Virus record (IMG/VR): IMGVR_UViG_3300019757_000164
Coordinates: 32,001-96,000 of that record
DNA from: a virus
DNA length: 64,000 nucleotides
Direction: 5' to 3' (one strand)
Part shown: in pieces, positions 23,669-33,466 of the stretch
Numbering within the stretch: the first letter of the stretch is position 1
Layout of the letters: every line of letters starts with the position of its first letter
Program-made: the position numbers and the translations under genes
Notes under the pieces: generated by a model
Database searches by the model: none
What the model was told of the DNA's origin: nothing
The model's input: the letters and a program-made list of their open reading frames with translations, nothing else

Positions 23669-24661
23669 TTATACATTATTATTTGACTTATTCTTATCAT
23701 AAACCTCAATTGATTTATTGATTCTATCTGGATTAGTATGTCTTTTGTCTAGAAACTGCTCAAATGTCAACTTTTTAAACATACTTGGTTGATTACAGTA
23801 AGCTGAGTAATCTTTAATAAAATGATCATACTCGCTTCCCCAACAATTCTTGTCTCTCATTATATATGGTAAAACTTTATTCTTTCTACACCATTCTACA
23901 CGATAAATCATGTCATGTAAAGTCATAAATTCAACATTATGGTAGACGTAAAATTTCATCTTCCAGTCCTTTGCGATATGTTTTTTCATCATTGGTAATT
24001 TCTTATTTAGCATCTTTTCATATTTAATATCATCAAATGCAAATATATACTCTCCCATGTAGTTCAACTTAGATAGCAACTCCATTTTACGGTCAGTAGC
24101 TAGTCTGAAGTCTAGTCCTTGATTAAAATCAACTCTAATATTCATTTCAATCAATTCTTCAAATACTTCTTCGCATTTATCATATGCAAATATGTTGTTA
24201 TCATAGAATTTAACTTTCTTGTGCTGAATAATATCTGACAATTCATTATACTTCTTAAGTTTACCTTCGAATTTAGGAACTTTACAGAACCAGCAATTTC
24301 TAATACAACCTCTGGTAATAAACCCATGACTTGTGTTTTCATCTTCGAAGTAAAATGGCTGTAGAGCTTCTATTTCTGGATCTAATTGTAACGCTGGATT
24401 AATTGATCCTATGCCACCAATAACCACATCCAAGCATCCTGTAATCTCAAATCTGGTTTGATTAATCTCAAATAAATTACTCACATACACTTTATCATAA
24501 GCACTAGCATCTATAGATTTAAATACTTTAGATGGAAATGCTGTCATGTTTAGATCAATCATTTTAACCTCGTGGTCTTCTTTGTTTAGATAATGCTTAT
24601 ATAGTTTTCTAATTGCTATATTAAATTTACTATCTACGTTTACTAATAATATTTTTTTCAT
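23669..24661 (-). CDS. radical SAM protein
   Basis: TRGCIRNCWFCKVP (CxxxCxxC), followed by DNN and FNQGLD motifs. Confidence 0.88.
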   Translation of the reverse strand: MKKILLVNVDSKFNIAIRKLYKHYLNKEDHEVKMIDLNMTAFPSKVFKSIDASAYDKVYVSNLFEINQTRFEITGCLDVVIGGIGSINPALQLDPEIEALQPFYFEDENTSHGFITRGCIRNCWFCKVPKFEGKLKKYNELSDIIQHKKVKFYDNNIFAYDKCEEVFEELIEMNIRVDFNQGLDFRLATDRKMELLSKLNYMGEYIFAFDDIKYEKMLNKKLPMMKKHIAKDWKMKFYVYHNVEFMTLHDMIYRVEWCRKNKVLPYIMRDKNCWGSEYDHFIKDYSAYCNQPSMFKKLTFEQFLDKRHTNPDRINKSIEVYDKNKSNNNV

Positions 24662-24685
24662 AATTACCTCCTTTACTATATAATA

Positions 24686-25870
24686 TCACTTATATGCACT
24701 ACTGTCAATACCTAATCTAACTTGAGTGTCTTTGCGTCTTTTGTCTCTTAAAAACTTATATTCTTCGAGATATTCAAAAAAGTCGTTCTCTGTATTTATT
24801 GTATCCGGTAGATCATACTCTATTAGTTGCTTGTTGTAATTTTTAAAAAATATCTTTTCGGCAATTAAGCGTATTTCTAATGCATCTACAAATTCTGAGT
24901 ACTGTCCCAAGTATATCGTTTTCCCGTCTTTTTTTATTCTAGATCTATACACCGTACTCCCCTTGCTTTTATGCACCGATACGCCTGGGTGCCCGCTAGA
25001 ATTATTAGATTGAATTCTTTTGTTCATTCCATTTTGCGAAGGGGTCACCTCTCTTAAATTACATCTCCTATTGTCGGATTTATCTCCATTAATGTGATCT
25101 ACATAATTACCTCCTTCTGTGGTCAATATTATTTTGTGCAATCTAAGATTCTTCACATTGCCATCAACTCTTCTAGTAGTGTGCAAATAACCATCGTCAC
25201 CCAAAACCCAAGTAAACCCTTTTGCTTTTACATAATCTACTTTATCTATGAAAAAAGTATCGGCGTTACTTGTGTATCCCATTATAAAATCACCTTTCTC
25301 CTCATACCTGTTACCTTTTATTTCAAATAGCCCTGTTCGGCACCCACACGTCTTTATATGACCATTTTTTATCTCTGTAAGCCTAATATCTTTTTCTTTC
25401 CCACAGTCACATATACATTTTGCTACTGTACACCTGTTGTCTATATCTTTATAAACGTCTAATATTTTAAGTGCGCCATACTTGTTACCTATTTCTTCGG
25501 ATGCCTTCTTTAAATATATATCTCTGTTTTTATCGGTTCTGATCTCATTTGTCCTATACTCATTATGCCAATCACTCAAGTTGCTCGATCTTTTTTTAAT
25601 ATTTTCTGGGTCTAGTCCTGCACACCTAAGTGAGCAATATTTAGTAAAACCAAGTGTTAAGTTTTTAAAGGTTTTATCTTTCCCACAAATTTTACACCTT
25701 CCGTCATCTTTGTGGTTGATAAATTCTATATAGTATTCTTTTTTCGAAATATATGGATGAGATTTTGTAATATGTAAGGACAAGCCTTGTATCTTAGTAA
25801 ATGATTTCCCGCATATTTTACATACATATGTTACTTTGTTATCCATTCTGGCTCCTTTCTTTTCTTCCAA
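24686..25870 (-). CDS. HNH homing endonuclease with C2H2 zinc finger and AP2-like C-terminal domain
   Basis: CKICGKSF..LSLHITKSH; VDHINGDKSDNRRCNL...QNGMN; SGHPGV...YRSRI...YLGQY. Confidence 0.9.
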   Translation of the reverse strand: MEEKKGARMDNKVTYVCKICGKSFTKIQGLSLHITKSHPYISKKEYYIEFINHKDDGRCKICGKDKTFKNLTLGFTKYCSLRCAGLDPENIKKRSSNLSDWHNEYRTNEIRTDKNRDIYLKKASEEIGNKYGALKILDVYKDIDNRCTVAKCICDCGKEKDIRLTEIKNGHIKTCGCRTGLFEIKGNRYEEKGDFIMGYTSNADTFFIDKVDYVKAKGFTWVLGDDGYLHTTRRVDGNVKNLRLHKIILTTEGGNYVDHINGDKSDNRRCNLREVTPSQNGMNKRIQSNNSSGHPGVSVHKSKGSTVYRSRIKKDGKTIYLGQYSEFVDALEIRLIAEKIFFKNYNKQLIEYDLPDTINTENDFFEYLEEYKFLRDKRRKDTQVRLGIDSSAYK

Positions 25871-26295
25871 TTAAATAAATCTCTCTTATCATTGTTGTAA
25901 TACCTTCTATACGCCTCCACTGCACATTCTGATTTATACTCATCTGGCATAGCCTGTGCGTGTTTTGTTAATCCTCTAGCTGGTAAATCTGGCAATTGCA
26001 TATCAATTAATAATTCTCCAGATTTATGTTGTTTGCCATATCTATATGTATACTCATCGTATAAAGCCATAGCATGATTATATAGCCATATCCAATTATC
26101 TAATGAATACCTAGCCCATACTGTACAAGGATGGTTCTTGTGAGCTAATCTATATGTAGCTAAATGCTCTTGATCTGTATAGTAATATGCGGACTGAAGT
26201 ATTTGTACTTCTTCCAGTAGCTGTTTGACCACGTGCTTATCTACATGATATTCAGCACATTTTTTAAAATCATAGTCTAAAATAAATATATTCAT
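25831..26295 (-). CDS. pyrimidine-dimer DNA glycosylase (T4 endonuclease V-like family)
   Basis: MNIFILD...CAEYHVDKHVVK...HKNHPCTVW...EYTYRYGKQHKS...QAMPDEYK...AYRRYY family signature. Confidence 0.85.
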   Translation of the reverse strand: MNIFILDYDFKKCAEYHVDKHVVKQLLEEVQILQSAYYYTDQEHLATYRLAHKNHPCTVWARYSLDNWIWLYNHAMALYDEYTYRYGKQHKSGELLIDMQLPDLPARGLTKHAQAMPDEYKSECAVEAYRRYYNNDKRDLFNWKKRKEPEWITK

Positions 26296-26580
26296 AATTC
26301 CTCCTAGTTGATATAAGTTATTAACTAACTACATATTACACGAAAAAAGATGGCTTGTCAACCATCTAATTATTATTATCTTCATTAAATTGTAACATTG
26401 TGTAAATAAACATAACTAATGATGCTATAATAAGAATTGATGATCCTACTTTTGGAATCGAGCCACGAATATGAAAAACTTTTACTCCACACTCAGCCAA
26501 TGTTAATGTGATTAAGCACAAAATAATGTATTTTCTCCAGTTTTCTCTTACATTTTTATTAATCTTCATTTAATCCTCCT

Positions 26581-26660
26581 TTTTATTTTCAACGTTTCAA
26601 CTTATTTAATGCATAACCTTCAATTATGTATACGATGCGTTTAAGGTGTTTAAACTACTA
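26581..26660. repeat. palindromic recombination-like site 17 (core 26606-26634, spacer CCTTCAA)
   Basis: TTTTATTTTCAA-N13-TTAATGCATAA-CCTTCAA-TTATGTATACG-N14-TTTAAACTACTA. Confidence 0.85.
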
Positions 26661-27449
26661 ACATTTATACGTCTATTCTATTTTCTACTTGTATTTAATT
26701 TGGTATACCAGATAAAATTGAATACATATGCATATTATTGAAATAACAGACAACATAAAAATAGATAGCACATATAGTTTTAAAAATGCATAGATTACTG
26801 CAAATGTAAAACACATACAACTTCCTATTAGAGAAAGCAGTTTAATTGTCCTAGGCGTGTTTTTATTAATCTTCATTTAATCCTCCTTTCCAAATAGCTT
26901 AAACAACACTTCTAATTCTACCTCTGAGCGTTCATATTCAGTTACTAGTGTATTAGATACCATTTCATCTAAGACTCCGTCATAGTCTACCATAGTAGAT
27001 TTTACTATTTTACCTTTATTTAATGTATATTTATAATACATTTAATTCACCTCCTTAGAAATATGATTTTGGTATAATTAATTCAGTTATATATCCTTCT
27101 TCTATTAATTCTTGTGTATCACCTATTCTAATCTTTCCAAACTTGATAATATTTGGTGATGGTTCGACTAATATAGTATTTTTATATAATCTGTTAATAC
27201 CATCATATGAAAACTCTTTAACAACTTTGAATACTTTTATATCATGCAATTTCACTACCTCCTGTTCAAGTATATGCTTATTTTATCATAGTTGAATATT
27301 CGTGTCAATAATTATTTTACTCTTTTTTAGTTGTTTTTCTATTAGTTTTATAGCTTTTTATGCTATTTATTGATTATTTTACTGTTTTTTATCTTTTTTC
27401 TATTATAAAGGAAGAAAGTTGATTTTTTAAATTATTTTCAGAAAAAGTG

Positions 27450-27478
27450 TTGACATTGATTTTGTATGTGATATACTT
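27450..27478 (+). promoter_or_regulatory. strong sigmaA-type early promoter
   Basis: TTGACA-N17-TATACT with TG extension; near-identical layouts at about 28046 and 30488. Confidence 0.75.
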
Positions 27479-28118
27479 GTATTAACAAATGGCAAACAGC
27501 CAAACAAGATATGACTTTAGGAGGTCTAATTATGACACCGTTTATGTATCAATGTTACATTTATAATGTTAGTGATGGAAGTGATAAGTGGTTAGCTGTA
27601 AATAAGGATACAATGAGAAAAGCTAACAGAGCTTATGAAGATTTAAAGAAAGTATTAAACCAAGGATATTATATTAGCAAACCAAAGAAAGTGGGAGTAT
27701 TATAATGAAAATGAATTCAACTTACAACCAAGAAGAACAATTATTAAACAGCTATAACTATGATATGGCTCAGCTTCATCAAGATAAGAACAAGCATGAG
27801 AATCGTATTAGCAATAGAAAACGTGATCAAGTTAAAAGAGAGCTGAGAAAGAATAAGAAAAATAGAAATAAATGGAATTAATCTATAACCAAATTTAATA
27901 TGAAGGGTGGTGATATAAATGTTGATCTTATGTATTCTAGGCATAATTACATTCCCTGTGATATATGCTAGATTATATGTAATAAGATTAGAGAAGAGAG
28001 CTTAGGCTCTTTTTAACTTTTTATAAAAAAGTTTACAAAAAAGTATTGACTTATTATTTCGTTGTGATATACTTATATTAAGTTAAAGGAAATTAATAAA
28101 TGATCTGAGGAGGTCAAT

Positions 28119-28397
28119 ATGTTGGATAATAGTATCAAGAATTTAGGGTTAGGCGTAAGACAAGAGAATATGTTAATCAGAAATAACATTTATAATTACA
28201 GTGACTTGGTGATTATGATTTGCGAAGATAGATTCAACGCTTCTTATCTTAAGTATTTTAGAGAAAGAGATATTGTATTCGTAAAGGCTTTGGTTGAAGC
28301 TAGAGAGGATGAAAGTTTTGACAGCGAGAGATGCAGATTGGCTTTTAACTTGGACGTAGCTGAGAAGTTTAATATTAGGTTCAGCGATTATCAATAA
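28119..28397 (+). CDS. RNA polymerase alpha-CTD-like small protein
   Basis: SIKNLGLGVRQENMLIRNNIYNYSDLV resembles the alpha-CTD consensus IEELdLSVRsyNcLkragIntvgDLv. Confidence 0.6.
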   Translation: MLDNSIKNLGLGVRQENMLIRNNIYNYSDLVIMICEDRFNASYLKYFRERDIVFVKALVEAREDESFDSERCRLAFNLDVAEKFNIRFSDYQ

Positions 28398-28649
28398 GGA
28401 GGATTTATGTTTGAGAATATGATTAGAAATATCGAGTGTATGAATGATGATAGTATCAACAAAGCTATCGAAAATGACGTTAGCAATAGAGAACAGTATA
28501 GAGATCAATTGATTCAGCTATTATTAGATGATGGCGAATGCTTGAATGATTTCGATGTCGATTACACACTACGTAAAGTAGTTAAATATCTAAGCTGTAA
28601 CGATGGTGACTTTGAATCAGCTTATAATGACTATATGTATTAAACCAAA

Positions 28650-28673
28650 GAAGCCTTAAGCTTCTTTTTTTTA
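28650..28673 (+). terminator. intrinsic terminator
   Basis: AAGAAGC-CTTAA-GCTTCTT followed by a T run. Confidence 0.75.
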
Positions 28674-28942
28674 TTTAAATTTATTTTAAAAAGTGCTTGC
28701 AATTGGTTTTTAGGTGTGATAACTGCGTTGGCTAAAAGAAAAGAGAGGATAAAACCTCTCTAATTCTATGCATATTATCTAATTGATAATGGTTATCTAC
28801 AGTTATATCGGCTATTTCTGGCACTTTATGGCTGATATATCGGCTATTTTTTTTCTGAGCTTTCCATTGGTATTACTGGCTTTGACTGCATATTTAACCC
28901 TTCGATGTTTCTTATTCTTTATATACTATTATTAGTATTAAA

Positions 28943-29512
28943 CTAACTCTTATTATCTTTATCTAATACTTCCTGTCTATGGTCAAATATAATTTGTGTA
29001 TCATTCAATAAGTTTTGTCCATTAAAAGCATAGTATGGATTGAATAATATATTTCTATCTCTACGATTAGAAGTCCTATATATAATATTATTATCCTCTA
29101 ATTCCTTTAGAGATTTGGTCAAACTATCCCTATTTAATCCGCTCAATTTCATAAGGTCTTTATTAGTTGGCGGCTTACCTTTATATAATACTACATTCTG
29201 GGACTTCGTAAGAAGACACAGAAAGGTGAATAGCAAGGATTTTGCTTTATAAGATAATTGAATTAACCCACTACTCTTGACTTGGTACAATTTTGTGAAT
29301 CGGTGTTTGCTATTCCACTTATTATTGTACATTTCTTTCTTGGCTTGTATTTGTTCTGTAGATAACAGATCATAATATTCTTCTGCTAACTTCATATAAG
29401 ATAACACATCATCTATATTAGAAACAAGTTCGCCTGTTTCAATATGGAAAATATGTTTGTTTTCTATGAAGTACTCATGAAACGTCTGTTTCGTTATCCT
29501 GTTCTCTGTCAT
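28943..29512 (-). CDS. RepL-like replication/HTH protein
   Basis: FTKLY...wHTH (LMKLSGLNRDSLTKSLKELEDNNII)...FNPYYAFNG, as in Firmicutes RepL-type proteins. Confidence 0.65.
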   Translation of the reverse strand: MTENRITKQTFHEYFIENKHIFHIETGELVSNIDDVLSYMKLAEEYYDLLSTEQIQAKKEMYNNKWNSKHRFTKLYQVKSSGLIQLSYKAKSLLFTFLCLLTKSQNVVLYKGKPPTNKDLMKLSGLNRDSLTKSLKELEDNNIIYRTSNRRDRNILFNPYYAFNGQNLLNDTQIIFDHRQEVLDKDNKS

Positions 29513-29693
29513 TATTAATAACCTCTTTTCTATGTTGTTTAAGATATGTTTGTAATGCTATGTTGTTTTCAAAGATAAATACGGTTCTCTCTTTGTTTAT
29601 GTTGTTAGGTTCTATATCTATCACTCTGAAGCCCTGTCTGATTAATTCTCTGGCTATCCTATATGATATAATCCTTTTCTTTTTAATAGTCAT
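29475..29693 (-). CDS. DUF5659-like small protein
   Basis: IISYRIARELIRQGFRVIDIEPN....RTVFIFEN pattern. Confidence 0.6.
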   Translation of the reverse strand: MTIKKKRIISYRIARELIRQGFRVIDIEPNNINKERTVFIFENNIALQTYLKQHRKEVINNDREQDNETDVS

Positions 29694-31366
29694 TTTATTT
29701 CCTTTCTTATATAATAGTAATTGACGTAACTATATCTAATAGACTATGTTTGGTTTTCATGTTAATATATTTAGTTGTCATTTATATGTTGTCCCCCTTT
29801 CTGATGTAGCGTAGACATAGTACGTTCAACTTAATAATACCATATTTAAATAGTTATTGTCAAACATTTTACCATTCTAAATATTTATAGCTAGTATAGA
29901 ATTTATTTATGGTTGTTTTAAATTAATTAGTAAATTATGCTTGACATTATTCTATAAATAGTATATCATTATAAATGTAAAGAGGAACTAACTATTAAAG
30001 GAGATTATTATGAAGAAAATTATTAATAAAGACGGAACTATCACATTAAATTTAACTTCAAAAGAATTGGAAATGTTGGATATTGGATTAGGTAGCATGA
30101 TTGGTGATTTAGCTTATACTATTGATAGTCCGTATACTGAAGATTGTATTGCAGAAGATGCGGAGAAAGAAATGAATGATTATATCAAATTAAGAGAACA
30201 ATTATAAGAAGTTAATAAAATACAAAAGGAGTAGATATGAATAAATGGTATGTACAAGTTACAGAAATCAAACATCAGAATAGATGGGCTAAATGTATTA
30301 TAGATTCAAATAATTCTATTGTACTAGAGATAGAATTTATGGATATAAAAATAGCAAATAGTATTGTTAATACTCACAATGATTCTGTAGAACTTTCTTA
30401 TGAGATAGGAATGAAGGAAGGCGTTAAAATAACAAAAGAAGTTTATGGAGATAAATAAATATTTTTTAAAAAAGTTTTGAAAAAGTGTTGACATTAATAT
30501 CATAGTATAGTATACTTAAGATAGTTAAAGGATAGCACTTAAAAAATGACTTGGAGGTCAATATGAAAAAGTATAATGATGAATATGGATTTATTAACAC
30601 AGAAGTATCAGAAGATTACAGAATTATTGCAAGTATGATGCTAGAAGAAGAATATAATACATACATGAGTAAATGGGGCTATTTACCTAAGAGATATAGA
30701 CTTGTAGTAGATAATGGCTGTGGATTAGCTTACACTGATAAATTTGAAACAATCGAAGAATTAAGAAAAGCAGTTAATAGGATTCAATTCATAACAGATG
30801 AAGAAAAAGAATTTTTGCTAAGATTAGAAGCCTAACAGCTTCTTTTTTTTTATTGTCTATTATACCTTTTGATTGATTCGTATGAGTAGTTATATAATAT
30901 CTGATGTATTAGTACTAGATATGATTATATGAGCTTACAGGGCTATATGATGGGATTAGGGTAAAGAACTTTATAAAAGTTTATATAAAAAAAGACTATT
31001 TAACGATAGTCTCTAATTGATCTAATATAGTTATAGTATCTGGATTGAATGAAGATATTATTTCTTTCTCATGACTAAAGTCTAGCAAAGTATCTATGTA
31101 TTCGTCTAATAATTCATAACCCATTGACTCGTACATCTCACCCTCTAACAATGAGTATCTATCCATATATAGTAATATAGATTGTGTTTATGATTATATT
31201 ATATATTAAGTTAGGTGTAATGTAAAGGATAAGTTTATATAATTTTATTTTAAATAAGTGTTGACATGGATATAATGAGTGTGATACAATAAGGTGATAG
31301 GTAAATTTGATAAACAGAAAGTGTTAAATGAAAAAAAAACAATGGATTTAAAGAAGGGAGTCACAC

Positions 31367-32038
31367 ATGAAGAGAGTACCACAGAACACAGATACATACA
31401 GAACTATAAATAAAGTATACAAGAGTCTAAAAGTAAATCAGGAAATTAAAAACTATAAAGAGTTTTGCAAGTTATTAGGTTTGAGTCCATCAAGTGGAAA
31501 TAGTAGAAATGGACATATAAGAACCTTTAACTATTTCTTTGAATATGAAAGAAAAGGACATGGCTATATAATAACAAAGATATATGACAAACCAATAGAG
31601 TACAATAGATACCATAAATCAGAGTATAAAAATGAAAGATATTGTTATGGTGATATAAATGATTACCTCGACACAAAAGGTATATATGCACTAATAAACA
31701 AAAGTGATATATACATAGGCAAAAGCTTTGATCTATATACTAGACTCTCTAATCACCTAGGAGAACACAGTAGTATACCTTATACTAGAGATATGCTTAT
31801 TAACGGCGGAATGTGTTATGTATTATTTGATTTGGGTATTGATGATGATTATCTGTTAAAAGAATGTGAGTCAATAGTAATAAACCATTATATAGATAAT
31901 ACCAATTTAAATGTAGTCAATAAAAGAAAGAACGTCAATAATAAGAAACAATCATTGAATAGATATATTACAGTATCCACAGAGGATTATGAGTTAGCTG
32001 TGAGTATACTGAAAGGTAATAATATAGAAGTACTGTAA
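31367..32038 (+). CDS. GIY-YIG nuclease-domain protein
   Basis: GIYALINKSDIYIGKS.DLYTRLSNH; N-terminal domain shared with ORF 32240. Confidence 0.75.
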   Translation: MKRVPQNTDTYRTINKVYKSLKVNQEIKNYKEFCKLLGLSPSSGNSRNGHIRTFNYFFEYERKGHGYIITKIYDKPIEYNRYHKSEYKNERYCYGDINDYLDTKGIYALINKSDIYIGKSFDLYTRLSNHLGEHSSIPYTRDMLINGGMCYVLFDLGIDDDYLLKECESIVINHYIDNTNLNVVNKRKNVNNKKQSLNRYITVSTEDYELAVSILKGNNIEVL

Positions 32039-32239
32039 ACTGCAAAGGAATAGAATGCAAATTTGTATTTAAATGAAAACTTGAACAATAAAAAGGCAAT
32101 AATATAAATATAGTTATATCATCTTTTATGTTCAACTTTTAGAAAGGAGTTATATAATAATTTTTAGGTACTTTAATTTGCTTATAAGTAATATTATATA
32201 TAAGCAAAAAAAGGTACGCGAAATTGAAAGGAGAATGAT

Positions 32240-33466
32240 ATGGATAATTATAAAAACTTAAAAGATACATACACGCGACTACAAGAGGGTCAAATATTCA
32301 AGAATTATAGGTCGCTGTGTGAATTCCTTAACCAGCCAGTAAAGACAGGTAGTAAGAATAAGAAGTACCAAATAGAAGAGTTTAATAGGTATTTTGAGTT
32401 TGACAAAGCTGGCAAAGGGCATTCGTTAATTATTACAACAGTATATGATGAACCATTAGCTAAGATTAGCAAAGGAATGTATAGTAGTTTAATATCAAAA
32501 CTTATAGTAGATACAATTGTTGAAGAATTGGATCAAGGTAATCATGAGTTATTGTTATCTAATAATCAACTATTTAATATGCTAAGTATGATTAATGAAA
32601 AATATATGTATTATAAGAATGAAGAAAATCACGACCAACTGATAGAGATACTAAATGTTAAGCAACAAGATATAGATCACTTTTATTCCGTTACTAGCTT
32701 TAGGTTTCAAAGTATGGTAGAATCAGCGTTAAATCATCTTAAGAATGAATTGTTTTTATTCTATACTAAACCTATGGTTATGATTATTAATATTGGTGGA
32801 AATAGAACACAAATGCAGGTAGCCAATGAAGATGAGATACAATATATAACCAAGATAAGAAAGAAAGTATTAGAAGAAATGGGATATAGTAATATTAATC
32901 ATTTCAGAAATAACAAGAAGGATAAGTTTATATATCATAGTAAAGTGCATGAAGAATTGAATGGTAATATAGAAGAGTTAAAGAATAAGAAATCATGTAA
33001 CTATAATGGTATAGAGTTTGCATATCAAGTGTATAAGATTATATTTATAGATAGTATTGAGAAGAAACAACAACAGATCAATCAATACTTAGAAGATAAC
33101 TCTATAGAAGTTAGACAAGCATTGAATGACCTGATTGTATCTAATACAAATAGTCAGTATGAGAAAAGATATGATAAGAGTAAACAAGAGATAGGTATAT
33201 ATAACAATACTGTGTTAGCACATCTACATGATTATGAAGATTGGAAAGCATTGCATACATACAATCAGCTTAAATTTAAAGCAGGTAACACGTACGTTAA
33301 TCATGGTAGTAGATTAATAGATTACACTATTAAAACTGATATGGAAGGATACAAAGAGGAGAAAGGTGTATTAGAAGATAAGGAACACAAAGAACAAACA
33401 GAATACCAACAGGAGATTAATAAGAAGATAGATGAAACATTAGGAGTATTGGATAAGTTATATTAG
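32240..33466 (+). CDS. hypothetical DNA-binding protein, possibly replication-related (408 aa)
   Basis: Long ORF with RBS; N-terminal KNYRSLCEFL...FEFDKAGKGHSLIITTVYDEP is paralogous to ORF 31367; function is inferred only. Confidence 0.55.
   Translation: MDNYKNLKDTYTRLQEGQIFKNYRSLCEFLNQPVKTGSKNKKYQIEEFNRYFEFDKAGKGHSLIITTVYDEPLAKISKGMYSSLISKLIVDTIVEELDQGNHELLLSNNQLFNMLSMINEKYMYYKNEENHDQLIEILNVKQQDIDHFYSVTSFRFQSMVESALNHLKNELFLFYTKPMVMIINIGGNRTQMQVANEDEIQYITKIRKKVLEEMGYSNINHFRNNKKDKFIYHSKVHEELNGNIEELKNKKSCNYNGIEFAYQVYKIIFIDSIEKKQQQINQYLEDNSIEVRQALNDLIVSNTNSQYEKRYDKSKQEIGIYNNTVLAHLHDYEDWKALHTYNQLKFKAGNTYVNHGSRLIDYTIKTDMEGYKEEKGVLEDKEHKEQTEYQQEINKKIDETLGVLDKLY

Noticed and set aside
2230-26660. 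Repeats interpreted as sigmaA promoters or intrinsic terminators
   Set aside because: Some cores contain TATAAT, but no TTGACA-like box lies 17 nt upstream (the TTGAG-like string is only about 10 nt away), and many copies read CATAAT or CATAT. They are symmetric and lack GC stems with U-tails. An operator role is not fully excluded
2230-26660. Classical integron attC sites with IntI
   Set aside because: No RYYYAAC...GTTRRRY ends, and I could not see the IntI-specific insertion in the recombinase; the resemblance is architectural only
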